IMG/VR virus record: IMGVR_UViG_3300044811_000010
Coordinates: 16,255-80,254 of that record
Direction: 5' to 3' (one strand)
From: a virus
DNA: 64,000 bases
Shown: positions 1 through 10,150 of the stretch, one piece after another
Numbering within the stretch: the stretch's first letter is position 1
Layout of the letters: every line of letters starts with the position of its first letter
Translations under genes and position numbers: made by a program
Notes under the pieces: model-generated
Database searches by the model: none
What the model saw: only the letters and a program-made list of their open reading frames with translations
Told to the model about the DNA's origin: nothing

Positions 1-10
1 GACGCGGAGG

Positions 11-160
11 ATGACAGTTCCTTCATCGGTCGCTAGCTCTCTGTTGGCTTTCGGAGCCATCCTGACGGTCGTCTCCCCGGCCGCCGGGGTCATCGTTGCC
101 GGGCTCGGGCTGGCTTTCGAGCTGGTGCTGTTCGTCGTCAGTGCGACTGGGCAGCCCTGA
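11..160 (+). CDS. small membrane protein (49 aa)
   Basis: Read by hand: MTVPSSVASSLLAFGAILTVV...; two hydrophobic stretches; TGATG overlap with next ORF. Confidence 0.5.
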   Translation: MTVPSSVASSLLAFGAILTVVSPAAGVIVAGLGLAFELVLFVVSATGQP

Positions 161-402
161 TGGCGATTGGCCGCCGCTGCTCGCTAGGTTGCGAATCGTG
201 GCCCGACGAGGCGCTATTCACGACCTGTCCGCAATGCGGCGAGCCTACGCAGAGGATGCGTAACCTGCATCCTCTCGCGGCCGACGAGGCTCACAACGTG
301 CTCGCCCATTACGAATTCGAGAAGTTCTACGTCCGCTATTGCAGGCAGCGCGGCCAGCGGGTCGAGGGGCCGCTTCTTGATGAGCCCAGTCCAGTTGGCT
401 AG
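160..402 (+). CDS. zinc-ribbon protein
   Basis: CxxxC...CPQC motif; coupled to upstream stop. Confidence 0.6.
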   Translation: MAIGRRCSLGCESWPDEALFTTCPQCGEPTQRMRNLHPLAADEAHNVLAHYEFEKFYVRYCRQRGQRVEGPLLDEPSPVG

Positions 403-622
403 ACTTCTGATTGGCACTTTCGAGGCCGTCGAGCTGGCAGATCGAGTCCTGAGCAGGGCGTTCCCGTACCGCTGGACTCGGGACGCTCTACTTGATACGA
501 TCCTAGGCCCCGCCGATAGCTTCGAGTACGTCAGCAGAACTGCCCCCGCAGGACCGCCGCCGACCATCTCATAGCCGAGCGGAACACCCGCTCACAGCCT
601 GAATCCACAGGAGGATTACCCC

Positions 623-2341
623 TTGTCTGACATCTCCCCGTTCCAGACCGACTTCGCGCACTCGGTCATCAGCGCGAAGTACATGGCCCCGCACGGAGAG
701 CGCCATTGGTTCCAGACCGCTGACCGCGCCGTACTCCACCCGCTTGCCGCGCTCGAAGCGCGCACGGGCAAGTCCTACGCGCGAGAGCGTATCGCGCTAC
801 AGGCGCTCGTGCGCGCACGTCACTTCATGCCCGGCGGTCGTTACCTCTACGCGTCGGGCAACGATTTCCACCAAGTCCAGAACTGCCTGCTGCTGTCGTG
901 CGAGGATACTCGCGAGGGCTGGGCAGACCTGTCGTGGAAGTCTGAAATGTCGCTACTGACAGGCGCCGGCATCGGCGTCTACTATGGGGATGTACGCCCC
1001 AACGGAACGCTCGTCGGCCGCACTGGCGGCACGGCCAGCGGCCCCATCCCGAAGATGATTCAGGTCAACGAGACGGGCCGTGCCGCTGTTCAGGGCGGAG
1101 ATAGGCGGTCTGCGGTCTGGGCTGGGCTACCTTGGTGGCACGCGGACGTGTTCTGGTTCAACCGCGTCAAGGACTGGCCGCAGTACCTCAAGGACGCGAA
1201 GGCTGAGGACCCCAGCATCGCTGCGCCGATGGACATGACCAACATCTCCGTGTGCCTTGACGACGAGTTCTTCGAGCTGATGGACACGGGAACGCTCGAT
1301 GACCAGTCTTGGTTCTTGGAGAACGGCTACTCGGCCCCTGACGGCGGCACTTGGTCCGAATGGGCTCGGCGCGTCTACTGGGACGTAGTCAACCGGATGA
1401 CGCAGACCGGCGAGCCGGGCTTCTCTGTTGACCTTGGGGAGCACCGTGACGAGAAGCTGCGCAACGCTTGCACCGAAATCGTCTCGGCGGATGACTCTGA
1501 CATCTGCAACCTCGGGGGCATCGTCCTCTCGCGATTCACTAGCCCCAGCGACTTCGAGGAAGCGGTGCGGCTCGGGGTCCTGTACCTGACTGCCGGCACG
1601 GTCTACTCCGATCTTCCGTACGCGAAGGTTGGAGAGGTCCGTGAGAAGAATAGGCGCCTCGGTCTTGACCTGCTAGGAGTCCATGAGTTCCTGCTGATGC
1701 GTGGCCTCAAGTACGGAACCGACGACGCCTTCGAGGCGTTGGAGCCCTACATGGAGGTCTACGACCGGGCGTTGGAATACGCCCACGAGGCCCAGGCCGC
1801 CGCTGGGCTGTCGTTGTCGGTCGCGGCGACCTCCGGAGCCCCTACAGGCACGCGCGGCATCGGAGCTGAGACGACGACAGGCTGGGAGCCGGTCACCTAC
1901 ACGGCGTATAGCCGCTCCGTCATTACGTCCAAGGCCCACGCTCCGGACGAGCGCACGCTGCACTATGTCGTGGATCCGACGGTCGAACGGCTGATCAAGG
2001 AAGGCTACATCCTGCCCACCGACGATATTGAGGACTCGGCTACGCTGGCATACGACTACGAGAGCCGCTTCCGCATGCAGGCGTACGCTCAATCTCATAC
2101 CGATCAGGCGATCAGCATGACGATCAACCTCCCTCACGTCATGACTAGCGCGCAGGAGCGCAAGCAGTTCGGCGAGACGCTGTACCGCTACCTGCCCAAG
2201 CTGCGCGGCATCACGGTCTACCCGAACGGCGCGATCTCGGGGCAGCCGATCACGCGCGTACCTCTGGCCCAGGCGATGGGCTACGACTACGAGGTCACTG
2301 AGGACGCTGAGAAGTGCGCGACGGGGGTCTGCGGCATCTAG
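623..2341 (+). CDS. nrdJ: class II (B12-dependent) ribonucleotide reductase
   Basis: FMPGGRYL, QNC, RRSA, RNACTEI, CNLG, APTGT, DQAISMTINLP, GITVYP motifs; C-terminal CxxxxC; no beta subunit nearby; GGAGG RBS before TTG. Confidence 0.88.
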   Translation: MSDISPFQTDFAHSVISAKYMAPHGERHWFQTADRAVLHPLAALEARTGKSYARERIALQALVRARHFMPGGRYLYASGNDFHQVQNCLLLSCEDTREGWADLSWKSEMSLLTGAGIGVYYGDVRPNGTLVGRTGGTASGPIPKMIQVNETGRAAVQGGDRRSAVWAGLPWWHADVFWFNRVKDWPQYLKDAKAEDPSIAAPMDMTNISVCLDDEFFELMDTGTLDDQSWFLENGYSAPDGGTWSEWARRVYWDVVNRMTQTGEPGFSVDLGEHRDEKLRNACTEIVSADDSDICNLGGIVLSRFTSPSDFEEAVRLGVLYLTAGTVYSDLPYAKVGEVREKNRRLGLDLLGVHEFLLMRGLKYGTDDAFEALEPYMEVYDRALEYAHEAQAAAGLSLSVAATSGAPTGTRGIGAETTTGWEPVTYTAYSRSVITSKAHAPDERTLHYVVDPTVERLIKEGYILPTDDIEDSATLAYDYESRFRMQAYAQSHTDQAISMTINLPHVMTSAQERKQFGETLYRYLPKLRGITVYPNGAISGQPITRVPLAQAMGYDYEVTEDAEKCATGVCGI

Positions 2342-2371
2342 CATGTCGTAGTGGGCCGTAGGATTTGTCCT

Positions 2372-2545
2372 ATGCCTCTCTCGAACTTGATGTCCAAGCC
2401 CGTCCGGACGAAGCCGGTAGTCGTCAAGACCCGAATCCTCCCGGCCGCCTATCCGGCGGGGCGCGGTGTCAACCAGCCGAGCGGCAAGATCAAGGTCACG
2501 CACCGTAACCCGCCGAAGAAGCACAGCGTCGGCCGCCCTAGCTGA
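2372..2545 (+). CDS. small basic Lys/Pro-rich protein
   Basis: ATG lies 7 nt after TAGGAT (-10); ORF ends 2 nt before the protease gene. Confidence 0.6.
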   Translation: MPLSNLMSKPVRTKPVVVKTRILPAAYPAGRGVNQPSGKIKVTHRNPPKKHSVGRPS

Positions 2546-2547
2546 GC

Positions 2548-3279
2548 ATGCAGTTCCCGGCTGACATCTTCGTCTCCCCGGTCGAGGGCCATGACGACCT
2601 GATCGCGTTCCGCTACGACTTCACGCTCGAAGGCAAGGCAGTCGATGGGGCGTCGCCGCAGATCATCACTGAAGACGAGAACGGCGACCTCATCATCGAG
2701 GGCTACGCCGCAGTCTTCGATGGGCTCGACCGGCAGCGCGAGAACTTCGCCGACGGCGCCTTCCAGCGAGGCATTAAGAGCTTCCTCGACGGCCAAGCCT
2801 CTCTGAACTTTCACCACAAGCACGATCATGGGATCGGCAAGGTTCTCGACCTCAAGGAAGAGGAGGGCAAGGGGCTGTGGATGAAGGCGCGCGTTGATCA
2901 TCAGCCTGAGTCCTCGCCGCTGCGCTACATCTACAACGCCGTCAAGAAGGGCACGTACAGCGCTCTCTCCGTGGGTGGGTTCTTCAAGCGTGCCCTCGTC
3001 GCTGGCGGCCAGAGGATCGTGGACTGCGACTTCACTGAAATCAGCGTCACTCCTGTTCCGGTTCACCCCGGAACAAGCTTCGCTGTCGTTGCCGGTAAGG
3101 CTCTCGCGAGCGACCTGCAGTCCGAGAACCTCAAGGTTCCGAAGCTGCCGGAAGACGAGATTCGCGACGATGACTTCTTCTCGGCGCAGTGCGCGCTTGA
3201 GACGCTGGACCGTATCTTCACGCAGCTCTCGAAGCGTGGAGCAGTCACTTCAACCTCGGATGCCGCAGCCGCTGCTTAG
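2548..3279 (+). CDS. HK97-family prohead protease
   Basis: IEGYAAVF..LD, FHH..IGKV, GLWMKA, LSVG, EISVTPVP motifs; directly upstream of the capsid gene. Confidence 0.9.
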   Translation: MQFPADIFVSPVEGHDDLIAFRYDFTLEGKAVDGASPQIITEDENGDLIIEGYAAVFDGLDRQRENFADGAFQRGIKSFLDGQASLNFHHKHDHGIGKVLDLKEEEGKGLWMKARVDHQPESSPLRYIYNAVKKGTYSALSVGGFFKRALVAGGQRIVDCDFTEISVTPVPVHPGTSFAVVAGKALASDLQSENLKVPKLPEDEIRDDDFFSAQCALETLDRIFTQLSKRGAVTSTSDAAAAA

Positions 3280-3311
3280 CGGTTGTCACTGGCGAAGGTA
3301 AGGTACCACTC

Positions 3312-4634
3312 ATGGATCTCAAGCAGCTCACCGACGCGATCTCCGCCCTGGAGACGAAGGCCAACGAGACGCTCGCCGCTGTCGAGGCTGGCGACAAGAC
3401 GGCCGAGGAAGCCAAGGCGCTCATCGCCGAGTGGCAGCCTCAGATCGAAACCCTCACGCGCGACCGTGAGTCTGCTCTGCAGGCCAAGGCGCTCGAAGAC
3501 CTGCGCGGCGAGTTCGGCACGCTGCAGTCCGTCATCGAAGACCTCCGCAAGCCCGCTGGTGAGTTCGTGCTTCCCACGGACGGCGAGGGCAAGTCGCTTC
3601 CCGAGGACGACCCCTACTCCGCAGGCAACTACTCCGTCTTCGCCGACATCCGCATGGCGAACAAGGGCCAGCAGGACGCCCGCGACCGTCTGACCAAGGG
3701 CTTCGAGGGTCTGACCCCCGAGGGCAAGGCTATGACGGAAGGTACCGACGCGCAGGGCGGCTACCTCGTTCGCCCGCAGATCGAGCGCCAGATCGTTGAG
3801 GCCCGCGAGCTGGACAACGTCCTTCGCACCCTCTGCTCCAAGCTGAACGTCACCACGACGAGCATTCAGCTCGACCAGATCGGCCTGACGACGACTGCCG
3901 GCTGGGTCGCCGAGCTGGCTCAGAAGCCTGAGTCGACCGGCATGACGCTGGCGACCGTCACGGCCAACGTCTTCACGGCGGCTGGCCTCGCGACGATCTC
4001 CAACCAGCTCCTGCAGGACTCCAACCCGGCCATCGACGGCCTCGTCACGGCTGACCTCGCCAAGCGCCTCGTCGCGCTGGAAGAGACGGCCTTCCTCAAC
4101 GGCTCCGGAACGGGACAGCCTCTCGGCATCCTGAACACTCCGGGCATCGGCGCAACGCCGCTGACGGCGACGGACATTCTCTCGCTGCTGGACTCGATCC
4201 TCGACTCCATCGCGACGGTCGAAACGGCGCACGGCGCCCCGACGGCCATCCTGATGCACCCGCGTACGTGGACTCGCATCCTGAAGTCCCGCGACTCGCA
4301 GGGCGCCTACTACATCGACCCGGTCGGCGGTCCTCAGGACCCCCGCACGGGACAGCGCGGCCCGGTCAAGTCCCTCTGGGGCTACCAGGTTGTCACGTCC
4401 AACCGAGTCCCGACCAACCTCGGAACGGGCACCAACGAGTCTCGCGTCATCATCGGCGACTTCGCCGAGGCGCTGATCCTCGACCGTCAGGGAATCACGG
4501 TGGACGAGTCGAGCCACGTCTTTTTCACCACGAACCAGACGGTGTTCCGCGCTGAGCAGCGAGTCGGCTTCACCGCCGCCCGCACCCCGTCCGCCTTCAA
4601 CGTGGTCGGTGGCGTCGGCCTGGCCAACGGCTGA
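3312..4634 (+). CDS. HK97-fold major capsid protein
   Basis: N-terminal coiled-coil delta domain; GGYLV, ISNQLLQDS, FLNGSGTGQPLGI, IGDF, FRAEQR motifs. Confidence 0.95.
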   Translation: MDLKQLTDAISALETKANETLAAVEAGDKTAEEAKALIAEWQPQIETLTRDRESALQAKALEDLRGEFGTLQSVIEDLRKPAGEFVLPTDGEGKSLPEDDPYSAGNYSVFADIRMANKGQQDARDRLTKGFEGLTPEGKAMTEGTDAQGGYLVRPQIERQIVEARELDNVLRTLCSKLNVTTTSIQLDQIGLTTTAGWVAELAQKPESTGMTLATVTANVFTAAGLATISNQLLQDSNPAIDGLVTADLAKRLVALEETAFLNGSGTGQPLGILNTPGIGATPLTATDILSLLDSILDSIATVETAHGAPTAILMHPRTWTRILKSRDSQGAYYIDPVGGPQDPRTGQRGPVKSLWGYQVVTSNRVPTNLGTGTNESRVIIGDFAEALILDRQGITVDESSHVFFTTNQTVFRAEQRVGFTAARTPSAFNVVGGVGLANG

Positions 4635-4663
4635 TCAACCAGCCTCACTAGGAGAACTGACTA

Positions 4664-5071
4664 ATGGCACCCATTTCTACACCTGACAAGCCGGAGATCG
4701 TCGCTCAGGCTGGCGCCCTCATCGGTGACGAGGCAGTCAACGCTGCCCGCCACGTTGTCGAGCCCGAAGTCAACACCGAGCCCGTCGACGCGCAGGTCGC
4801 GCCCGAGCGCGACGCGGCGGCAGCGTCGGTCACCGTCCATGAGACGGTTGTCCACACCGACCGCGTGATCACGGATCCGTCCTCTCCGGAGGCCGTCCAG
4901 ATCCCCGACGCAGGTCGCGGCGACGCTCGTCTCCCGATCCATCAGCTCGGCGAGCCCACGCCGGAGCAGGTCTTCGCTGGTGAAGAGAAGGAGAGCGACG
5001 AAGCTCCCGCCTCCACGCCGGACGAGACTCCGACCTCCACGCCGGACGAGACTCCGACCAACAACGCCTAG
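4664..5071 (+). CDS. acidic protein, probable capsid-associated
   Basis: AGGAG RBS; directly after the capsid gene; C-terminal STPDETPT duplication. Confidence 0.7.
   Translation: MAPISTPDKPEIVAQAGALIGDEAVNAARHVVEPEVNTEPVDAQVAPERDAAAASVTVHETVVHTDRVITDPSSPEAVQIPDAGRGDARLPIHQLGEPTPEQVFAGEEKESDEAPASTPDETPTSTPDETPTNNA
5011..5058 (+). repeat. 24-bp in-frame tandem duplication
   Basis: CTCCACGCCGGACGAGACTCCGAC x2. Confidence 0.9.
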
Positions 5072-5097
5072 ACCACGCCCTACGACAGCCGTTTGTA

Positions 5098-5130
5098 ACG
5101 AGAGCCGCCAAGTGCGGCTCTCGTCGTTTC
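5098..5130 (+). terminator. hairpin terminator after the capsid operon
   Basis: ACGAGAGCCGC-CAAGT-GCGGCTCTCGT followed by CGTTT. Confidence 0.7.
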
Positions 5131-5158
5131 CGGCGAGCCCCACTGTACCATCTGACAC

Positions 5159-5935
5159 ATGCCCACTGCCCCGACCCCTAAGCCGCTTGTAGCCCTTTTC
5201 GGCAACAACAACCCGCAGATGCAGGTTGAGGGGCAGAGCGTCCCGGCAGAGCATCTGAACCAGAGCGTCACTCGCGTCGAGTTCTGGCCGGGCATCGACA
5301 ACATCGAGAACGTCGAGCACTCCCTTTCGACCAACAACGACCGGGTTCTCTCCATGATCGCTCGCGGTCTGGGGGACGCTCACCGTAAGTTCGCCATCGC
5401 GGTTGCTGAGGCCGAGCAGCTTCTCGGTATCCACGCCGCAGGCGACGCGCCCGCGTACATCAACTCCGAGGACCCTGACCTCGCGGCGGCTCTCTCCAAG
5501 CACTTCGACGTTCCGATCCTCGACCCGCAGGCGCTTCTGACCAGCGTAGGGCGCGACGCGCTTCACGCTCAGCATCTTGGATCCGCTGGATCCCCGACGC
5601 AGCCTGCACAGTTCGGCTACATGGCTGTCTCGGCCAACGCGACGGCCGCATCGACGGCGTCCACAACGCTTCCCGGCGAAATCACGACTGCCGGCGGCGG
5701 ACTTCTCCGCGCCCTCGCCACTTACGCCCACACCGCAGGTACGAACACGACGACGTTGACCAAGACCTTCACGGCCAACGGCTCTGACGCTCTGCCCGTG
5801 ACGCTGGCGAAGATCGGCATTCTCAACGCGTCTTCGGTCGGCACGCTCGGCTACGAAACGCTCCTGAGCGCCACGGCGACCCTCACGGTGTCCGGCGACA
5901 ACGTGACGATCACCTGGACCGACACAGCGGGCTAG
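5159..5935 (+). CDS. virion structural protein (beta-rich C-terminal domain)
   Basis: Thr/Gly-rich C-terminal domain (KTFTA...IGILNASSVGTL...GDNVTITWT) typical of fibre-anchoring virion proteins. Confidence 0.6.
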   Translation: MPTAPTPKPLVALFGNNNPQMQVEGQSVPAEHLNQSVTRVEFWPGIDNIENVEHSLSTNNDRVLSMIARGLGDAHRKFAIAVAEAEQLLGIHAAGDAPAYINSEDPDLAAALSKHFDVPILDPQALLTSVGRDALHAQHLGSAGSPTQPAQFGYMAVSANATAASTASTTLPGEITTAGGGLLRALATYAHTAGTNTTTLTKTFTANGSDALPVTLAKIGILNASSVGTLGYETLLSATATLTVSGDNVTITWTDTAG

Positions 5936-5938
5936 TTC

Positions 5939-6292
5939 ATGATGTGGCGCGCGGTCGCCGCCGCATTCGTGCTCATCATGGTGGCTGGCGTGGGAACAGA
6001 CGCGGCTGGCGAAGCTCCAGGCCGCACTACGATCCTCAGGAACGGCGGAGCCGCCGGAGGAGACGCGCTGGTCATCCCGCGCGGTGACATTCTGAACGTC
6101 CGCAACATTCAAGGCGGGACCGCTAGTGACCCAAACCTCGACCTCGGCGCGGGCTCGTCCACGCACCGTGGCGTGCTGGCGCTGAACTACGACGTGGGTC
6201 GCTGCGTCGTCATCTACGACGGGCATCGACGACGCCTCGCTAAGTTCTGCCCCCACAAGATCGTCTTCTACGTCAAGCCGCAGGTGCGCTGA
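5939..6292 (+). CDS. secreted hypothetical protein
   Basis: N-terminal signal-peptide-like stretch; TGATG coupling to the next gene. Confidence 0.6.
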   Translation: MMWRAVAAAFVLIMVAGVGTDAAGEAPGRTTILRNGGAAGGDALVIPRGDILNVRNIQGGTASDPNLDLGAGSSTHRGVLALNYDVGRCVVIYDGHRRRLAKFCPHKIVFYVKPQVR

Positions 6293-8157
6293 TGGCCGCC
6301 GCGTTCGTCAAGAACCACGGACAGGCGACCGGCAAGGCGGTCGCCCTCGGGACGATTCACCCCGTCACGACGATCCCCGTGGGCAACATGGCCCATGTGG
6401 TCCTGACTGCCAACGGCGCGGTAACTCTTTCTACCGTTGCGTCTATCTCCGACACTAAGGGAAACACGTGGGGCATCGACTACAGCCTTAGCAGCGCGAC
6501 GGGGTCGATCATCGTCTTCTCCAGCATCGTCACGGCCGCCATTCTAGCGACTGACAGCGTGAACCTGGCGTATAGCCCATCGTTGTCGGCGGCGGCCGCG
6601 TCGCTGAGTGAGTTCTCCGGGCTCACGCGCACGCTCGATGGAACCGTCGTCGCTGTGCAGAACAGCACCTCTCCGCAGCCGAGCAAGACGCCGACGGTGA
6701 CCGGTGACATGGCAATCACCGTCGGAGTAACCAACGCGAACGCGGGAAACTGGGCTGCGCCCTCGACGGGCTGGACGACAGTCGATGGCGTCACGGCGTC
6801 TACCGGCGGAAGCTCGTCCTCCAACACCGTCAACCAGGTCTACTGCCAGACAGCTACCTTGTCCTCCGTACTGGCGGCGTGGCCGGTTGGCTCGGCGGCG
6901 GGCAACGGCTTCCTCTTGCTCTACGAGGCTGCTGTCACCGGCACCAACTTCCCACGCACCGGGGCGGACACTGTCACGATTTCAGACTCTGCCGTCGCTG
7001 GAACGCGGGCACTTCTGCGAGCGGCCACTGATTCGGCGACGATCAGCGACGCAGCAACCCGGCAGGCTGGCCCTCATCCGCGAGCGATTGCCGACTCGGT
7101 GTCCGTGAGCGACGCCGTGAGCGCCCTCGTCGCACATTCCTACTCCGGAGCAGCGGCTGACTCCGTCTCGGTACTCGATTCCGCAGCAAGGCAGGCTGGC
7201 CCGCAGCCGCGATCCGCCTCGGACACGACGACTATCTCTGACGCTGCGGCGAGGTCTGCTATGGCCCGAATCCGGGCGGCTGTAGACGCCTTGACTGTCT
7301 CCGACGGCGCTCAGCGACAGGCTGGACCCCAGCCTCGCTCGGCTTCTGACACGCTTTCGGTTGCTGACGCGGCTGTGGGACAGCGAGGATCCACTAGGGT
7401 AGCGACCGACTCTGTGGCGCTTGCCGACGCAGCAGTCAGGCTGCTTGTGCTGGTGGGGCGTCCGGCTACTGATGCTGTGGTTCTCAGCGACGCGGCGACT
7501 CGTTCTCAGGCAAACGCAAGGGCCGCCAGCGACCTTATGTCGGTGTCAGACGCGGCAGTGCGCGCCGTGCTGGGGCGTATTCGGGCAAGCACCGACTCGC
7601 TGACGATTTCTGACGCCGCGACACGAGCGGCCCTCGCGGATCTGCGGACGGCGCAGGACGCCTTCGCCGTCGCCGACGCCGCAGTTCGTTCGGCATTGTC
7701 ACGCACGCGCACCGCCTCCGACTCCGTCGTCGTCTCTGACGCCGCCACTAGGCAGCTCGGCTCGTTGCTTCGGGCCGCCGCTGACTCGCTTGCTGTAGCC
7801 GACTCCGCAACACGGGCCGCCCTCGGGAAGCTGAGGGCGCCCGTCGATTCGTTCACTGTCGCCGACTCGACCGTCAGGCTGCTCAGTATGGTGAGGATCG
7901 CGGCTGATTCCGTCGCCATTTCTGATTCAGCAAGCGCAGTGTTGACGATGTATGCGTTGGTCCAGGCCAAGCTGCCTACGTCAGTAGCCCTCGAACTGCA
8001 CCACACAGTCGCGGCGCTCGTGACGATCCGCAGCTCGGCGGCAATCACCGCAGCCGCAGCCAAGGCGGCAATCGCCGCCCACGCCGCCAAGTCGGCGATT
8101 TCGCCCTACAAGAGCAAGGCCGAGGTCGCCGCGCCTGCAACAATGGTGGTGATCTAA
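6292..8157 (+). CDS. repeat-containing fibre-like virion protein
   Basis: ~215-aa N-terminal domain followed by ~15 copies of a ~22-23-aa RxAxDsxtxsDaa repeat. Confidence 0.65.
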   Translation: MAAAFVKNHGQATGKAVALGTIHPVTTIPVGNMAHVVLTANGAVTLSTVASISDTKGNTWGIDYSLSSATGSIIVFSSIVTAAILATDSVNLAYSPSLSAAAASLSEFSGLTRTLDGTVVAVQNSTSPQPSKTPTVTGDMAITVGVTNANAGNWAAPSTGWTTVDGVTASTGGSSSSNTVNQVYCQTATLSSVLAAWPVGSAAGNGFLLLYEAAVTGTNFPRTGADTVTISDSAVAGTRALLRAATDSATISDAATRQAGPHPRAIADSVSVSDAVSALVAHSYSGAAADSVSVLDSAARQAGPQPRSASDTTTISDAAARSAMARIRAAVDALTVSDGAQRQAGPQPRSASDTLSVADAAVGQRGSTRVATDSVALADAAVRLLVLVGRPATDAVVLSDAATRSQANARAASDLMSVSDAAVRAVLGRIRASTDSLTISDAATRAALADLRTAQDAFAVADAAVRSALSRTRTASDSVVVSDAATRQLGSLLRAAADSLAVADSATRAALGKLRAPVDSFTVADSTVRLLSMVRIAADSVAISDSASAVLTMYALVQAKLPTSVALELHHTVAALVTIRSSAAITAAAAKAAIAAHAAKSAISPYKSKAEVAAPATMVVI

Positions 8158-8471
8158 TGGCCTCCCTTACTCTCAAGCAGCATGACAACTGGCCGCCCCT
8201 CAACGCGACCCTCTCCGACGCTGTCGGCCCTATGGATCTCACCGGAGCCACGGTCAAGCTGATCTTGGTTGGGGTCACAGTGACGATCACCGGAGCTTGC
8301 ACGCTGGTCGACGCGGTCAACGGCGTCGTACGCTACACATGGGCCAACGGGGATCTTGCTGTCGCTGGCGACTACAGCGGAGAGTTCGAGGTAACCTTCT
8401 CGACCGGCAAGATCGAGACGTTCCCCAGTGACTCCTACTTCACTCTGACCGTCAAGGCAGACCTCGGCTAA
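8157..8471 (+). CDS. BppU N-terminal-like protein
   Basis: LKQHDNWP..DLTGATVKL..DAVNGVVRYTW...G.YSGEFEVTF..GKIETFP pattern. Confidence 0.75.
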   Translation: MASLTLKQHDNWPPLNATLSDAVGPMDLTGATVKLILVGVTVTITGACTLVDAVNGVVRYTWANGDLAVAGDYSGEFEVTFSTGKIETFPSDSYFTLTVKADLG

Positions 8472-9187
8472 TGCCTGTTACTCCGAACCCGCCCACTTAC
8501 GAAGATGTTGTCTCCACCGACCTCATCTCCCTTGAGGACTACAAGCTGCTGTCCGGAATCGACGCAACGGACACGCGCAAGGACGAGCAGCTCGCCCAGA
8601 TGATCTCGTGGGCGTCGGTTGCCGTTTCCAACTACGCCCAGCGCGGCTTCGGGCTCCCCGTGGTCACCGAAACTCGGCAGTTCGTCTACAACGACGACGA
8701 CGCTGGGTTCTTGGACATCGACGACACGGCCAGCGTCGCCACGGTCGCTCTCGTAGTACCGCACGGCACAGACCTCGCGCTGACGACCGACCAGTGGGTA
8801 GCACTGCCTCCGCGCCGCGCCGACTCCCACGTCTACACGTACATCGCCCTCGCAGGATTCCAAGCGACGGCTGCGTTCAGCTCGGCGATGGGATTCACGC
8901 GCAACCTCGATGTCTACGCCCGCGAGGGGCGCCTGCGCGGCATCCCCACGGTCATCAAGGTCACCGCCGACTGGGGCTGGCCGCTGGTTCCCTCCGATGT
9001 GTCGCTTGCTACGGCGTGGACCGTACAGGACTGGCTCAGCAAGCAGGACGGAGAAGGCTTGACTGCCGAATCCATCGAGAACTACTCGCGGGCTTGGGGC
9101 CGATCTGGCGCAACCGTGGCAGCCGCTCTGGCGATCCCGAACCGAGCGCGCGATCTGCTCACCGATTTCCAGCGGATCCCCGTCTGA
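8471..9187 (+). CDS. head-to-tail adaptor
   Basis: LISLEDYK..., V.NY..R.F, WGWP.VP.DV..A, ESIENYSR motifs; position. Confidence 0.8.
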   Translation: MPVTPNPPTYEDVVSTDLISLEDYKLLSGIDATDTRKDEQLAQMISWASVAVSNYAQRGFGLPVVTETRQFVYNDDDAGFLDIDDTASVATVALVVPHGTDLALTTDQWVALPPRRADSHVYTYIALAGFQATAAFSSAMGFTRNLDVYAREGRLRGIPTVIKVTADWGWPLVPSDVSLATAWTVQDWLSKQDGEGLTAESIENYSRAWGRSGATVAAALAIPNRARDLLTDFQRIPV

Positions 9188-9663
9188 TGGATGTCGCCGT
9201 CTCCAATCGGGTCGTTGCTCGAAACGGCATCGGCCGGTTCATCAGCGAGTGCGAGGCCGCCGGCCAGCGTACGGTGGAGAAGGCCGTACGCAAGGGCACT
9301 GAGCTGTCTCGTCGCCGAGCGCCTGTAGGGCACAAGCCCGACTCTCGCACGGTCACGCTCAAGGAGGGCATGTTCTACAAGATGACCAGCCGCACGTCGG
9401 GGTACTGGGGCAACACAGCCCGCCACGCAATGCCGGTCGAGTTCGGGGCCGCACCACACGACATCCCCGCGACCGTCAGCTTCTACTGGGAGAAGATGGG
9501 GCGCATGTGGATGGTCCCTGAGGAGTATCTGCGACGCACGGGATTCCCCGGCGCGGACCCGATTCACCACCCTGGAAACGCCTCGCAGCCCTACCTGCGC
9601 CCCGCCTACAAGCAGATCATGGGCGAGATCATGCAGATCGCGCGGCAGGAGTACCCGAACTGA
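9187..9663 (+). CDS. HK97 gp10-like neck protein
   Basis: Start reassigned to the TGATG overlap at 9187; APV, HAMPVEFG..PH.I, HPG...QPYLRPA motifs. Confidence 0.8.
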   Translation: MDVAVSNRVVARNGIGRFISECEAAGQRTVEKAVRKGTELSRRRAPVGHKPDSRTVTLKEGMFYKMTSRTSGYWGNTARHAMPVEFGAAPHDIPATVSFYWEKMGRMWMVPEEYLRRTGFPGADPIHHPGNASQPYLRPAYKQIMGEIMQIARQEYPN

Positions 9664-10118
9664 TGGCTGACTCTCCCTACGAAGCGGTCGCTACGGCGAT
9701 CAAGGCTGTCATCGACGCGGAGTTCGCGGCCGAGTCGATCACTGCGATTCAGGACAACATCCACGAGGCGCTAGGCCGCACGGGCGTCGCGGTCGGAATC
9801 GCACCTATCGAGGACTTGGTTCAGTCGTCCAACAACGTCGTGCAGGAGACGTGGGCCGAAGTCCGCTTCTTCGACCTGTGGGACGCCAAGATCGACCCGG
9901 AACAGGCCGTAAATCCCTTCAAGATCACGGCCTACGCCGACCGCTTTAGGCAGGCAATTCGCCGCGCCAGCGTGACAACTCCAGGCACCGGGCAGGTCTG
10001 GTACTTCGATCTTCAGCGGGTTCAGTACCCTAATGACCCCACCGGCAACAAGACGCGCTTCGTGGCAACGATTCGGGCCTACGGCAACAACAGCGGTCTG
10101 GTGGAGACTTCCGGCTAG
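9663..10118 (+). CDS. tail terminator / completion protein
   Basis: Size and position between gp10-like and tail tube genes. Confidence 0.6.
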   Translation: MADSPYEAVATAIKAVIDAEFAAESITAIQDNIHEALGRTGVAVGIAPIEDLVQSSNNVVQETWAEVRFFDLWDAKIDPEQAVNPFKITAYADRFRQAIRRASVTTPGTGQVWYFDLQRVQYPNDPTGNKTRFVATIRAYGNNSGLVETSG

Positions 10119-10150
10119 AAGCTGGCAAGGAGCCCCGTAGTATACCTCCT

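Noticed and set aside
6292-8157. Diversity-generating retroelement target
   Set aside because: No reverse transcriptase and no near-identical TR/VR pair differing at adenines was seen.
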